A stretch of 64,000 nt of DNA from Candidatus Omnitrophota bacterium (GTDB taxonomy: Bacteria > Omnitrophota > Gorgyraeia > Tantalellales > Tantalellaceae): NCBI GenBank assembly GCA_015231405.1, contig JADGBR010000001.1:283964-347963 (forward strand). The letters run 5' to 3'. Both the position numbers and the translations under genes were made by a program. Below are positions 9,724 to 20,664 of the stretch, piece after piece (the stretch's first letter is position 1; each line of letters begins with the position of its first letter). Under the pieces are notes generated by a model. That model was not told the DNA's origin. It saw only the letters and a program-made list of their open reading frames with translations, and ran no database searches.

Positions 9724-11352
9724 GTGAATACTATTCAAGCAAAACCGGAAAAAGAGTTATCGATCGCGGAGATGTATGAAAGCACTATCTCCGAAATAAA
9801 GGAAGGTGAGATAGTAAAAGGGACGGTTGTACAGATCGGCAACAAGGACGTCCTTGTCGATATAGGGTATAAGTCGGAAGGAGTTATCATGAAATCCGAA
9901 CTTTCCGACCCTGACGAAATAAAGATCGGCGATAAACTTGACGTTATAATCGAGTCCAAGGAGAATGACGCCGGGATGGTCGTTCTTTCCCACGAAAAAG
10001 CACGCAAGCAGAGCGGATGGACCTACATAATCAATAATTTCAAGGAAGGGGACTCCATCGACGGAAAAGTCTCGAGGAAAGTACGAGGCGGATTTATGGT
10101 GGATGTCGGCATGGAGGCTTTCCTTCCCGCCAGCCTTTCAGCGATGCAGGACGTCGGCGGCGGTGACAACCTGGCCGGCAAAAAGCTGAATTTCAAGATC
10201 GTGAAGATAAATGTGCAGCGGAAGAACATCGTCCTTTCCAGGAAAGAGATAGTAGACGAGCTCAGGAAAGAGGAGAAACAGGCCATTCTCGCCTCTCTTA
10301 ATAAGGGCGATATCGTGAAGGGTCTGGTAAAAAATATCACCGATTTCGGCGCATTCATCGATATCGGCGGAGGGATAACCGGGCTCCTGCATGTTACAGA
10401 CATGAGCTGGGGACGTGTAACTAAGCCCACAGAGATAATGAAGGTCGGAGACGAGGTAGAAGTGAAGATCCTTGATTTTGATAAAGATAATATGAAAGTC
10501 TCTCTGGGGTACAAACAGAAAACAAGAAATCCATGGGAAGTGATAGAGGTAAAATATCCCGAAGGTACGGTCGTTCCAGGGAAAGTGGTGAATATCATGC
10601 CGTACGGAGTTTTCCTTGAGCTCGAGGAAGGGATTGAAGGCCTCATACATATATCGGAATTTTCGTGGACGAAAAAATACGGTCATCCCGGCGAGCGTTT
10701 TAAACTTGGCGATGAAGTGAAAGCCATGGTGCTGAAGCTCGACAAGGATAACCAAAAACTTTCACTGGGGCTCAAACAGCTAGAAAGCGACCCATGGCAG
10801 GGTGTGGAGAACAGGTTCCATGTCGGCGACAAGGTGCAGGGGAAGATAAACACGCTGACGGATTACGGCGCTTTCATGGAGATCGAGAGCGGGATCGAAG
10901 GGCTGATACATGTTTCTGATCTTTCATGGACTAAGAGGGTGAACCATCCCAAAGAGCTCGTGACAAAGGGTGACCACACCGAAGCGGTGATACTTAATGT
11001 CGACGAGAAGAACAGGAGGATAGCCCTCGGAGTGAAACAGCTCATTGACGATCCCTGGGATGAAATAACCGATAAATACAGGACGGGGACTGAATGCGCG
11101 GGAAAAGTCGCGAACATAACTAACTTCGGTATTTTTATCGAGCTGGAAAAGGACCTTGAGGGGCTTCTGCACGTCTCCGAGATACCGTTGGGGCCTCAGC
11201 AGCGCATGGATGAGATCTATAAGATGGGCGACCCGGTAAAAGTTAAGGTCATCCACATCGATGGTATACAGAAAAAGATCGCGCTAAGCGTTAAAGGAAT
11301 GGCGCAGGAAACGGGTACGCAAGAAGAGAAAAAAGAAGCCCCTCAACAATAA
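9724..11352 (+). CDS. rpsA: 30S ribosomal protein S1 (GTG start)
   Basis: Six S1 repeats. GGAG SD 8 nt upstream of GTG. A TTGCAT-N17-TACAAT promoter-like sequence lies about 60 nt upstream. Confidence 0.9.
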   Translation: MNTIQAKPEKELSIAEMYESTISEIKEGEIVKGTVVQIGNKDVLVDIGYKSEGVIMKSELSDPDEIKIGDKLDVIIESKENDAGMVVLSHEKARKQSGWTYIINNFKEGDSIDGKVSRKVRGGFMVDVGMEAFLPASLSAMQDVGGGDNLAGKKLNFKIVKINVQRKNIVLSRKEIVDELRKEEKQAILASLNKGDIVKGLVKNITDFGAFIDIGGGITGLLHVTDMSWGRVTKPTEIMKVGDEVEVKILDFDKDNMKVSLGYKQKTRNPWEVIEVKYPEGTVVPGKVVNIMPYGVFLELEEGIEGLIHISEFSWTKKYGHPGERFKLGDEVKAMVLKLDKDNQKLSLGLKQLESDPWQGVENRFHVGDKVQGKINTLTDYGAFMEIESGIEGLIHVSDLSWTKRVNHPKELVTKGDHTEAVILNVDEKNRRIALGVKQLIDDPWDEITDKYRTGTECAGKVANITNFGIFIELEKDLEGLLHVSEIPLGPQQRMDEIYKMGDPVKVKVIHIDGIQKKIALSVKGMAQETGTQEEKKEAPQQ

Positions 11353-11388
11353 ACAGTCAACTGGCATTAGAAATAGCGCGATGTAGTA

Positions 11389-11440
11389 GGGGTCGGGATA
11401 AGGGTAGTGATTCTTGTTCCGACCCCTTTACTTTTATTTG
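11389..11440 (+). terminator. Rho-independent terminator after rpsA
   Basis: GGGGTCGG...CCGACCCC stem followed by TTTACTTTTATTTG. Confidence 0.7.
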
Positions 11441-11507
11441 CCGTTGTGCTAACATGAACATGACTGATAAAATCATATTTAATAATATACAAGAAGGAGG
11501 GTCTACT

Positions 11508-11777
11508 GTGCCGCTGGTAAAGGAAAAAAAACAGGAAATAATGACCGGGTTCCAGAAACACGCCAAAGATACCGGGTCATCCGAAGTTCAGATCGCTCTT
11601 ATCACCGGGAGGATCGAGCTTTTGGCAGAGCATTTCCAGAAACATAAAAAGGATAACCACTCAAGAAGGGGACTCCTAATGCTCGTCAACAAAAGGCGAA
11701 AATTGCTCAATTACCTTAAATCTTCCGATAAAGATAAGTATCAGGAAATTATATCAAAATTAGGGCTAAGGAAATAA
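11508..11777 (+). CDS. rpsO: 30S ribosomal protein S15 (GTG start)
   Basis: KEKKQEI...[35 protein letters not shown] matches S15. GAAGGAGG SD 7 nt before the GTG at 11508; the ORF-track ATG at 11454 is an upstream extension. Confidence 0.85.
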   Translation: MPLVKEKKQEIMTGFQKHAKDTGSSEVQIALITGRIELLAEHFQKHKKDNHSRRGLLMLVNKRRKLLNYLKSSDKDKYQEIISKLGLRK

Positions 11778-11860
11778 CGTTACAGGCTAGTGTTCCCACC
11801 CGGTTTTGTGCGCATAATTGAGGAAACTTTTACTGTAAATTTATTAACTAAGGAAGTGCC

Positions 11861-13969
11861 ATGATTGAAAGAATTCAAACGGGTTTTGGTGATTCGGAGA
11901 TCGTTCTTGAGACAGGGAAACTCGCCAAGCAGGCGCACGGTTCAGTGACGGTGCAATGCGGCGGGACAATGGTCCTTGTAACGGCCGTATGTTCCAGCGA
12001 GGCAAAGGACTCACAGGGTTTTTTTCCGCTGACGGTCGAATACCAGGAAAAGACATTTGCCGCCGGTAAGATACCAGGCGGTTTTTTTAAAAGAGAGGGG
12101 AAGCCTTCCGAAAAAGCCGTATTGACCTCAAGGATGATAGACAGGCCCATTAGGCCCCTTTTCCCCGAGAATATGCTCAACGAAGTACAGGTGATAGCTA
12201 CCGTCCTATCAATAGATGATAACTATGACCCGGACATCCTTGCCATCAATGGTGCTTCCGCCGCGCTCGCGATATCCAATATCCCTTTTAACGGCCCTAT
12301 CGGGGCTGTCAGAGTGGCCATGATAGGCGGAAATTTTGTCGCCAACCCGACCTTCGGACAAATGGCCGAGACGGAGCTTGACCTGGTAGTCGTAGGGACG
12401 AAGCGAGACGTGATCATGCTCGAAGGTGGGGCGCACCAGCTTTCGGAAGCCAAGATCCTCGACGCTATTAAATTCGGGCATGATAATTTAAAGGCCCTCA
12501 TAAAACTCCAGGAGGATTTTAGCGCCAGGATCGGACGGACAAAAAGGACTGATATAACCTATTCGGACGAGAATAAAGAACTTTTCGCGAATATCAAAAA
12601 GACGTATTCGGACAGGGTTAGAAAAATATTCGATATCAAACTCAAAGAAGAGAGGAAGGAAGCCGAGCGTAAACTTCGGGCCGAGATCGTTGCGTCGGAA
12701 ATGACCGACGATAACGGCGTCACCGAGGGTGCGGTAGCACAGGCCATTGAGAAAGTCGAAAAGGAACTCGCCAGAAATATGATCATTAAAGAAAAAAGAC
12801 GCACGGACGGAAGGGGTTATGACGATATCCGGGCACTCTCTTCGGAAATAAACCTTCTTCCTCGAACGCACGGTTCGGCACTTTTTACAAGAGGGGAAAC
12901 GCAGGCGCTGGCGGTCACTACCCTGGGCACCGGGGCTGATGAGCAGATAATCGACGGTCTCGAAGGCGATACAAGGCGGAGCTTCATGCTGCATTATAAC
13001 TTCCCGCCTTTCAGCGTGGGGGAAGTTAAATTTCTGAAAGGGCCCGGCCGCAGGGAAATAGGTCACGGCGCTCTTGCGCATAAGGCGCTTTCTCCGGTGC
13101 TTCCCGATCCTGAAATATTCCCTTATACGATCAGGATCGTATCTGAAATACTCGAATCCAACGGTTCAAGTTCCATGGCTACGGTATGCGCAGGTTCGTT
13201 GTCCCTAATGAGCGGAGGCGTGCCGATAAAGGCGGCCGTCAGCGGCGTCGCGATGGGGCTGATAAAGGAAGGTAATAATTACGCTGTTCTTACGGATATT
13301 GCGGGAATAGAGGACCATTGCGGCGACATGGATTTCAAGATCGCTGGGACTAAGGACGGTATTACCGCGATACAGATGGACCTCAAGATACTTGGCATCA
13401 GTTTTGAGATCCTTAAGGACGGTCTTGAAAAAGCCCGCCAGGGCAGACTGAAAATACTTACGCACATGAGCACTACTATACCCGAACCGCTCAAGGATAT
13501 TTCAGCTACGGCCCCGAGGATCGTGTCCATAAAACTGCCTAAAGATAAGATCGCCGAGGTGATAGGTCCCGGCGGTAAGGTCATTAAGAAGATCATCGCC
13601 GATACCGGTGCCGAGATCAATATAGACGACGACGGAATATGTGAAATATCATCGAGCGATAAGTCGGCGCTAGATAAAGCCGTTAACATCGTTAGAGGGA
13701 TAATATCGGAACCGGAGATCGGAACGGTTTATGACGCGACGATCACAAAAATAATGAATTTCGGTGCGTTTTGTGAGTTTTTGCCCGGAAAGGAGGGGTT
13801 GATTCACGTATCCGAACTCGCGGAAAAATATGTAAAGGACCCGAATGAAGTCGTGCATGAAGGCGATAAGGTAAAGGTTCTTCTGTTCGAGATCGACAAA
13901 CAGAACCGCGTTAACTTAAGCATTAAGAGGGTCAAGGATGGAAACGCTAAAAGTCCCGATAAGGCGTAA
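11861..13969 (+). CDS. pnp: Polynucleotide phosphorylase
   Basis: Two RNase PH domains followed by KH and S1 domains. Conserved rpsO-pnp synteny. Confidence 0.95.
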   Translation: MIERIQTGFGDSEIVLETGKLAKQAHGSVTVQCGGTMVLVTAVCSSEAKDSQGFFPLTVEYQEKTFAAGKIPGGFFKREGKPSEKAVLTSRMIDRPIRPLFPENMLNEVQVIATVLSIDDNYDPDILAINGASAALAISNIPFNGPIGAVRVAMIGGNFVANPTFGQMAETELDLVVVGTKRDVIMLEGGAHQLSEAKILDAIKFGHDNLKALIKLQEDFSARIGRTKRTDITYSDENKELFANIKKTYSDRVRKIFDIKLKEERKEAERKLRAEIVASEMTDDNGVTEGAVAQAIEKVEKELARNMIIKEKRRTDGRGYDDIRALSSEINLLPRTHGSALFTRGETQALAVTTLGTGADEQIIDGLEGDTRRSFMLHYNFPPFSVGEVKFLKGPGRREIGHGALAHKALSPVLPDPEIFPYTIRIVSEILESNGSSSMATVCAGSLSLMSGGVPIKAAVSGVAMGLIKEGNNYAVLTDIAGIEDHCGDMDFKIAGTKDGITAIQMDLKILGISFEILKDGLEKARQGRLKILTHMSTTIPEPLKDISATAPRIVSIKLPKDKIAEVIGPGGKVIKKIIADTGAEINIDDDGICEISSSDKSALDKAVNIVRGIISEPEIGTVYDATITKIMNFGAFCEFLPGKEGLIHVSELAEKYVKDPNEVVHEGDKVKVLLFEIDKQNRVNLSIKRVKDGNAKSPDKA

Positions 13970-14390
13970 GCCGGGAGCTTTGGATTTACCCATCCCTTCC
14001 TACGCGACCCCCGGGTCAAGCGGAGTTGACCTTTACGCCGATGTCGACAAAGAGGTAATATTGTCTCCGGGTGAGACCGGGCTCATATCCTGCGGGATAT
14101 ATATGTCGATCCCGGAAGGATTCGAAGCTCAAATAAGGCCTAGAAGCGGATTGGCGCTCAAATATGGGATCACAATGCTTAATACACCCGGTACTATTGA
14201 CAGCGACTATCGGGGACTGATAAGCGTCATCGCGATCAACCACGGGAAGGAAGCCTTCACTGTTAAAAGAGGGCTTAGGCTGGCGCAGATGGTGTTCCAG
14301 AAAGTCGCCAGGGCCGAGTTTATTGAGGCCGAAAACCTTGACGGGACCGCAAGGTCTGATGGCGGGTTCGGGCACACCGGATTTAATTGA
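13938..14390 (+). CDS. dut: dUTP diphosphatase
   Basis: dUTPase motifs PSYATPGSSGVDLYA, RPRSGLA and GTIDSDYRG. Its 5' end overlaps the pnp 3' end by 32 nt. Confidence 0.85.
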   Translation: METLKVPIRRKPGALDLPIPSYATPGSSGVDLYADVDKEVILSPGETGLISCGIYMSIPEGFEAQIRPRSGLALKYGITMLNTPGTIDSDYRGLISVIAINHGKEAFTVKRGLRLAQMVFQKVARAEFIEAENLDGTARSDGGFGHTGFN

Positions 14391-14408
14391 CCGGCAATAT
14401 CTATTATC

Positions 14409-16706
14409 ATGGATAGCATCAGAAAAAACGAGATCTTTGCGGTCCTTTTGTTCGCTCTGGGCGTATTCATTTTCCTGAGTATATTCACTTTCAACGAACA
14501 CGATATAGCATTTTATACGAGCGATCCCAACACGGTTACGCAAAACCGGATAGGAGAGGTGGGTGCCTACCTGGGGTTCATCCTTCTTTTTACGGTCGGC
14601 AAAGCTTCTTACGTGTTGCCGTTCCTGATACTTGTTTGGAGCGTTTCAAGGCTTCTCCAGATAACCCAGAAAAAACTTTTCTTCAAACTTTTCGGGACCA
14701 TCTTTCTGGTGACCGCTGTGAGCTCAAGTCTAGCGATGTTCAATTATTCGAGTAAGACACTCGCCTTTTCAAGCGGAGGCCTTATAGGTTCTGTCGTGAT
14801 AGGATTCCTTCTTAACTATCTTGGTGCCATCGGTGCTATAGTCTGTATATCCGCTACGATCGTTCTTTCCGTACTTATCGCCACAGAGTTCCTCATTTTC
14901 CCTGTGGTGGTTAAACTTATCGAATATGTCAGAACAATAGCAGGCACCGTTACCTCTAGATTTAAAAAGACCGTTCTGGACGGTAAACGTAAGGAAAGTG
15001 CGGTGTCAGTCGACGTTACACCCGTCAATGTTACACGGGTCAGCAGGGAAAAGGAAAGACCTGTCCATGACGATATAAGGTTAAAGCTGGAGAAGATGAG
15101 GCAACAGGTCGAGGCGGCGAGGAATACACAGCTCAAAAGCTCCGGTAAGCCAGCACTTACAAAAGACAGGAACAACGTTTTCAAGCCGGTTAAAGAGCCG
15201 AAGCTGTCTACTCCCAAAGAAAAGATCAGGGCAAAGGACCCCGTTGAAAGAGTGACGCCTATTATCGACGCTTCGACCGGCACCAGTACTGAGTATGTCC
15301 TGCCTGACATCGGAATATTGAAGGCAGGGAATAAATCCGGCGGGAACGAGAATGATGAAGACATAAAAGTTAAAGCGGCGTTGATAGAGAAAACTCTCCT
15401 GGATTTTGATGTCGCGGCTACGGTCGTGAAGATCAACAGGGGCCCCGTGGTGACCATGTATGAACTGGAGCCTTCCATCGGTACCAAGGTGAGCAAAATT
15501 ACGTCGCTCGGCGATAATATCTCGTTAGCGATGAAGTCATCCAATATAAGGATAGTCGCGCCTCTTCCCGGGAAAGGAACTATCGGGATCGAAGTTCCGA
15601 ACGACAAAAGCGAGATGGTAAGACTTAAGGATATAGTCGAGCTTGATGAGTTTTCCAGGGAAGAGTCCAAGATCAAGCTCGCCCTGGGAAAGGATATTTC
15701 AGGCACGCCGATAATACTTGATCTGGCTGCCATGCCTCATCTTCTGATCGCCGGCAGCACGAATTCCGGCAAGACAGTCTGTCTTAACGCTATAATTTCA
15801 AGCCTTCTTCTGAATTATTCTCCCGATGAACTTAAATTCTTAATGGTCGACCCAAAGAGGGTCGAACTCCAGATATTCGAAGGAATACCGCATCTGGTAT
15901 GTCCTATTGTAACCAATGCGAAAAAAGTGGATGCCGCTTTGGGATGGATCCTTAAGGAAATGGAGCGCAGATACGATCTTTTCGCGTCAAAAAGCGTCAA
16001 AAATATCGCGCTTTACAGGGAACGAAAACAATCAGACTGGGAAAACATACCGTACATTGTCGTGATAATAGATGAGTTCGCTGAGCTTATGGCTGTCGCT
16101 CAGCAGGAAATTGAAGACTCTGTAATGCGGCTGGCACAATTAGCCAGGGCCGCAGGCATTCACCTCATACTGGCTACTCAAAGGCCTTCCGTTGATGTCA
16201 TAACGGGTGTGATCAAAGCCAATATGCCGGCTAGAATTTCTTTCAGGGTCGCGAACAAGACCGATTCGAGGATCGTTATTGACACCAACGGCGCCGACAA
16301 ATTATTGGGTAGGGGAGATATGCTTATAATGGAGCCCGGAAATCCCGATATTGTGAGAGGCCAGTGCTGTTATGTCGATGATCTGGAAATACGCGGGATA
16401 GTGGATTCCATAAAAACGCAGACAGGGACCAGGTACATAGAATCGGCGGTAGCTTCTCAGGATAAGAAAAAGAATGAGACTGAACATAAAAAAGACGATA
16501 TATATTTTGAGGCAGTAAAGATGGTACTCCAGACCAAACAGGCCTCGGTATCGATGCTGCAGAGACGGTTCAGCCTGGGTTATTCCAGGGCTGCCAGGGT
16601 ATTGGACATAATGGAGCAGGAAGGTATAGTGGGTCCATATAACGGGTCAAAACCCCGCGAAATACTTGTCGAGAACATAGAGGAATTGGAAAGAAAAGCT
16701 GTATAA
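14409..16706 (+). CDS. ftsK: DNA translocase FtsK/SpoIIIE
   Basis: N-terminal 4-5 TM helices, a linker, a Walker A (GSTNSGKT), the motor domain and a C-terminal gamma winged helix. Confidence 0.9.
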   Translation: MDSIRKNEIFAVLLFALGVFIFLSIFTFNEHDIAFYTSDPNTVTQNRIGEVGAYLGFILLFTVGKASYVLPFLILVWSVSRLLQITQKKLFFKLFGTIFLVTAVSSSLAMFNYSSKTLAFSSGGLIGSVVIGFLLNYLGAIGAIVCISATIVLSVLIATEFLIFPVVVKLIEYVRTIAGTVTSRFKKTVLDGKRKESAVSVDVTPVNVTRVSREKERPVHDDIRLKLEKMRQQVEAARNTQLKSSGKPALTKDRNNVFKPVKEPKLSTPKEKIRAKDPVERVTPIIDASTGTSTEYVLPDIGILKAGNKSGGNENDEDIKVKAALIEKTLLDFDVAATVVKINRGPVVTMYELEPSIGTKVSKITSLGDNISLAMKSSNIRIVAPLPGKGTIGIEVPNDKSEMVRLKDIVELDEFSREESKIKLALGKDISGTPIILDLAAMPHLLIAGSTNSGKTVCLNAIISSLLLNYSPDELKFLMVDPKRVELQIFEGIPHLVCPIVTNAKKVDAALGWILKEMERRYDLFASKSVKNIALYRERKQSDWENIPYIVVIIDEFAELMAVAQQEIEDSVMRLAQLARAAGIHLILATQRPSVDVITGVIKANMPARISFRVANKTDSRIVIDTNGADKLLGRGDMLIMEPGNPDIVRGQCCYVDDLEIRGIVDSIKTQTGTRYIESAVASQDKKKNETEHKKDDIYFEAVKMVLQTKQASVSMLQRRFSLGYSRAARVLDIMEQEGIVGPYNGSKPREILVENIEELERKAV

Positions 16707-16707
16707 A

Positions 16708-17679
16708 ATGCGAGAGGAGCCAATGGCCACTAAGAAGGAATTCGGGAAATTGTTCAGGGACGCCCGCGAGGGAAAAGGGTTCACCGTTGAGGATGTATCC
16801 AGGGACAGCCATATCCATCAGCGGGTCATTGAGGATATTGAGAACGGTGAGTTCGACAGGCTTGGGAAGCTGTATATCCGGAGCTTTATGAAGAAATACG
16901 CAGTTCATCTGGGGCTTGAAGTGGACGATGTTCTCAAGATCTTCGATCATTTGACGAAGCCAAAGGCGGATGAAGTAAAATCGTCACTAAAACCCATGCG
17001 AGATGCTCCCGACAGCCCCGAGAAGAAGGCTGTCAGGCAGGAAACTCCAATGTCAAAAAGTGGGATCGGCGCTTCGGTGAGATCGTTGTCCATGATAAAT
17101 ATCCTGATCCCGCTGGCCGTAGTAATATTCATATTCGCTTTCATAGCGAGCCTTCGTACAGGAGCCCACAGGCGAAAAGAAATGGCCGTTCTCGACCTTG
17201 TAGAGAAGAAGCAGATCATCGAGACCATTCCGGAAAAGACAAAGGCTCCCTTGAAGGGAAAAACAGGTAACCAGTCTCAGTCAAAAAATACATCCGACAA
17301 AACGGCAGCTACTTCTCGCGCCGCGGCAAAGACCCCGGATGAGCCCTCTAGGAGAGAGGTTTCGCAGGTTGTAACACCTCAGATAAAAGAGACTGAGCCC
17401 GCCGCAACCGGCGTTGAACTTACATTGAAGGCGAGGGGGGAAGTATGGGTACAGGTGTTCGACGGCAAGAAGACCATTTACGTTGGCACCTTACAGAACG
17501 GCGATTCAAAGACCCTCTATGGGAAGGACACGCTTCTCGTATGGACCGGAAAGGGTGAGTTCCTGGATTTTACTGTTGACGGGAAATTTATCGGGAAGGC
17601 TGCTGACGGGGTGAAGAGGAACATCAGCGTTTCTAAGAATGGTATTAAGATAGGGGATAATTGGATAAAGAAAATATGA
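16708..17679 (+). CDS. rodZ: RodZ-like cytoskeleton protein (HTH_XRE + TM + C-terminal DUF4115-like domain)
   Basis: N-terminal HTH (GFTVEDVSRDSHIHQRVIEDIENG), a single TM helix and a C-terminal beta-rich domain. Confidence 0.6.
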   Translation: MREEPMATKKEFGKLFRDAREGKGFTVEDVSRDSHIHQRVIEDIENGEFDRLGKLYIRSFMKKYAVHLGLEVDDVLKIFDHLTKPKADEVKSSLKPMRDAPDSPEKKAVRQETPMSKSGIGASVRSLSMINILIPLAVVIFIFAFIASLRTGAHRRKEMAVLDLVEKKQIIETIPEKTKAPLKGKTGNQSQSKNTSDKTAATSRAAAKTPDEPSRREVSQVVTPQIKETEPAATGVELTLKARGEVWVQVFDGKKTIYVGTLQNGDSKTLYGKDTLLVWTGKGEFLDFTVDGKFIGKAADGVKRNISVSKNGIKIGDNWIKKI

Positions 17680-17901
17680 TCCGGGTAAAACACGATATTA
17701 TTCTGGATACAGGATCCGGGATCCAGTAAGAGGTTGTTACCAGGAAAATGCATGAATGTAATTATAACCGATCGGTCCGGTAAAGTTACGAGTTAGTTTT
17801 AAATCAAATACATGATACCCAATATTCAATTGCCGGATGCTGTGTTCTCAGTTTTAGCTTCTGGATCCCGCTGCCGGTTCAAATAAATTGATACTTACAC
17901 A

Positions 17902-19230
17902 ATGAAGATCTATATCCTAAGCCTTGGTTGCTCCCGCAACCTACTCGACAGCGAGATACTCCATGGCATGCTCAAGAGACGGGGCCATGACGTTTTGGAG
18001 TCACCCGAAAATTCGGATATTGCCATTGTGAATACATGTGGTTTCATTTCGGATGCCAAAGAAGAATCCATCGGAATGATCCTCCAGCTTGCAGAATTGA
18101 AAAAAAAAGGAAATCTGTCGAGGCTGATCGTGACAGGATGTCTCGGCCAGCGATATCCCGATGAACTTATGAAGGATATGAAGGAGATCGACGCTGTTTT
18201 CGGCTCTTCCGATTACGCAAGGATACCGGATCTGATCGACTCTATTCTTCACGGAGAAAGGGTGAAGAGAGTATCGGTCAAACCCGAATTCGATGGAGCG
18301 GATCACGCGGGTAGGGTCCTATCAACTCCGGGACATTACGCTTACATCAAGGTTCAGGAAGGCTGTTCGAACAGGTGCAGCTATTGCGTAATCCCCGATA
18401 TCCGCGGGCCTCTTGTAAGCAGAGATATATCCGGCATTGCAGAAGAGGTTCGTAGAATAAAGGAAGAGCGTGACCTTAAAGAGCTTATCATTGTGGCGCA
18501 GGATACCGCGGTTTTTGGAGTAGATACGAAAGGGTTTTCTCTCCTTCCCGAACTTCTTTACGAGTTGAGCCCTATCATGGACAAAGGGTGGATAAGGGTC
18601 CTCTACACACATCCCGCTCATTTTAACGCAAAAATGATAAGCGCGGTCAACAGCCTTGAAAATGTATGTAAATATGTTGACCTTCCGATCCAGCATATTA
18701 ACGATGATATTTTAAGAAAAATGAACAGACATATCGGACGTAAAGGAATAGAAGATCTTATCCGCGATATAAGGGCGAGTATAGAAGGGGCGGTGATCCG
18801 AACGACGGTTATGGTCGGATTCCCGGGTGAAACCGACGGGCAATTCAAGGAACTTATGGATTTTCTAAAAGTTATAAAGTTTGACAGGCTCGGGGCTTTC
18901 CGGTACTCACGCGAGGAGGGTACTCCTGCCGCGGGTTTTCCTTCTCAGGTACCGGAAAAAATTAAAAACGTCAGATACGACGAGGTAATGAGGCTGCAGC
19001 GGGAAATATCCGAAGAGAATAACACGCGTTATTTGTCGAAGGTCATAAAAGTCCTTATCGATGAAAAAGTCGAGGATTCGGATGGACTTTTCATAGGCAG
19101 AGGCTATATGGACGCTCCGGAAGTTGATGGTTCCGTCCATGTCAGGGGAAATGGCATCCACTCAGGGCAATTCGTGAACGTCCGGGTCACCGGCACCGCG
19201 GAATATGACCTTCTGGGAGAAGCGGTATGA
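17902..19230 (+). CDS. rimO: Ribosomal protein S12 methylthiotransferase RimO (MiaB family radical SAM)
   Basis: UPF0004 N-terminal domain with SLGCSRNLLDSE, radical-SAM motif CSNRCSYC and a C-terminal TRAM domain. Confidence 0.8.
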   Translation: MKIYILSLGCSRNLLDSEILHGMLKRRGHDVLESPENSDIAIVNTCGFISDAKEESIGMILQLAELKKKGNLSRLIVTGCLGQRYPDELMKDMKEIDAVFGSSDYARIPDLIDSILHGERVKRVSVKPEFDGADHAGRVLSTPGHYAYIKVQEGCSNRCSYCVIPDIRGPLVSRDISGIAEEVRRIKEERDLKELIIVAQDTAVFGVDTKGFSLLPELLYELSPIMDKGWIRVLYTHPAHFNAKMISAVNSLENVCKYVDLPIQHINDDILRKMNRHIGRKGIEDLIRDIRASIEGAVIRTTVMVGFPGETDGQFKELMDFLKVIKFDRLGAFRYSREEGTPAAGFPSQVPEKIKNVRYDEVMRLQREISEENNTRYLSKVIKVLIDEKVEDSDGLFIGRGYMDAPEVDGSVHVRGNGIHSGQFVNVRVTGTAEYDLLGEAV

Positions 19231-19817
19231 ACCTTCCCAATAAGATCACTATCGCGAGGATCGTACTTACTTTTATATTTATGTTCCTTCTTTATCTCCA
19301 TGGCGTGATATTCAAGATCCTTGCCCTGGTGGTTTTCCTCCTGGCCGTATACAGCGATTATCTGGATGGGATGCTCGCCAGGAAACTGGATATAAGGACC
19401 GATTTCGGGAAGCTGATGGATCCTGTCGCGGATAAGATACTTGTTCTCGGGGCCATGCTGGCGTTCGTGGAGATGAACCTGGTCCCCGCATGGGCGGTGA
19501 CGGTGATCATTCTCAGGGAGTTGATAATTACCGGGTTAAGGCTGATCGTATTAAAAGGGAACAACAAGGTTATTGAGGCCCATAAGCTTGGCAAACACAA
19601 GACTGTCGCGCAGATGGTATCCATATTTTTTATTCTCCTATTCATTATCTTTAAGGAAGCCGGTCTGACGGTTTACGGGTTTTGGGATCAGGCTTTGGAG
19701 TATTGGTACCGTCAGCTCATATTCTGTCTCATATTGGTCACAGTCGCTTACACAGTAGCGAGCGGCGTTTTGTACATCAACGCTAATAAGCGGTGCCTCA
19801 TGAACTGGGAAAAATGA
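19227..19817 (+). CDS. pgsA: CDP-diacylglycerol--glycerol-3-phosphate 3-phosphatidyltransferase
   Basis: CDP-alcohol phosphatidyltransferase motif D(x2)DG(x2)AR...G...D(x3)D (SDYLDGMLAR...DPVADK). Confidence 0.85.
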   Translation: MNLPNKITIARIVLTFIFMFLLYLHGVIFKILALVVFLLAVYSDYLDGMLARKLDIRTDFGKLMDPVADKILVLGAMLAFVEMNLVPAWAVTVIILRELIITGLRLIVLKGNNKVIEAHKLGKHKTVAQMVSIFFILLFIIFKEAGLTVYGFWDQALEYWYRQLIFCLILVTVAYTVASGVLYINANKRCLMNWEK

Positions 19818-20281
19818 CACAGTTCCGGATGTCAGACAAGGCGATGATAAAGATCTCAACTCTTTTTGGGGCCGGTGATCTGCCGTTCTGCCCGGGCACA
19901 TGGGGAAGTGTTCCGGGGGTGTTACTGGTCATATTTCTTCATAAGCATCTTGTCCTGTACGTTCTGGCGTTCGTGATATTCTTTTTAGTCGGGCTTTTAG
20001 TTTCCGGACAAACCTCAACTATATTGAATGAAAGCGACCCGCCCAGGGTCGTTATAGACGAATTCGCATGCGTTTTTCCGGTTTATTTTTATATCCCATT
20101 AAATATTAAGGCCGTTATTATCGGTTTTATTATCTACCGGGTTCTGGATATTTTGAAACCACCTCCGGCAAGGCAAATCGAGAGTCTACCCGGAGGGATC
20201 GGGATAATGCTTGATGATCTGATCGTTGCTATATATTCAAACATTCTTCTCAGATTCCTCGTCGCGTTACGTTTAATTTGA
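19814..20281 (+). CDS. pgpA: Phosphatidylglycerophosphatase A
   Basis: PgpA motif GTWGSVPG. ATGA overlap with the pgsA stop. Confidence 0.8.
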   Translation: MTQFRMSDKAMIKISTLFGAGDLPFCPGTWGSVPGVLLVIFLHKHLVLYVLAFVIFFLVGLLVSGQTSTILNESDPPRVVIDEFACVFPVYFYIPLNIKAVIIGFIIYRVLDILKPPPARQIESLPGGIGIMLDDLIVAIYSNILLRFLVALRLI

Positions 20282-20469
20282 TCATAATTATCCCTAAAAT
20301 TTGCATTTTCGTCATATCCCCTTATAATTAATTCAAAGGAAAAAATAATACCGGATATAAAAGGAAGAGAATTAAAGATAAAATGTATTAAAAACTATTG
20401 TCAATTAAATTAAAAATTTGTTACAAAGTATTTTATAAAAAAAAGTTTTCTGCTAACATAGGAGGAAGA

Positions 20470-20655
20470 ATGACCGGTGAAGTAATGAATGTTGATGAAC
20501 TCGCGATATACCTCAAGATGAAAAAACCAACGATATATAAACATGTAGAACAGGAAAGATTGCCTCATTTCAGGGTAGGGGGATCGCTTCGGTTCAGAAA
20601 AAATACCATAGACAAGTGGATCGAAGAACAGGAAAAATGTTCAGTAAGATCCTGA
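20470..20655 (+). CDS. Small excisionase-family (MerR-superfamily HTH_17) DNA-binding protein, copy 1
   Basis: 61 aa. MNVDELAIYLKMKKPTIYKHV...LPHFRVGGSLRFRKNTIDKWI matches the Xis-like HTH_17 pattern. AGGAGG SD 5 nt before the ATG at 20470. Paralog of the gene at 22822. Confidence 0.6.
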   Translation: MTGEVMNVDELAIYLKMKKPTIYKHVEQERLPHFRVGGSLRFRKNTIDKWIEEQEKCSVRS

Positions 20656-20664
20656 TCGATTATT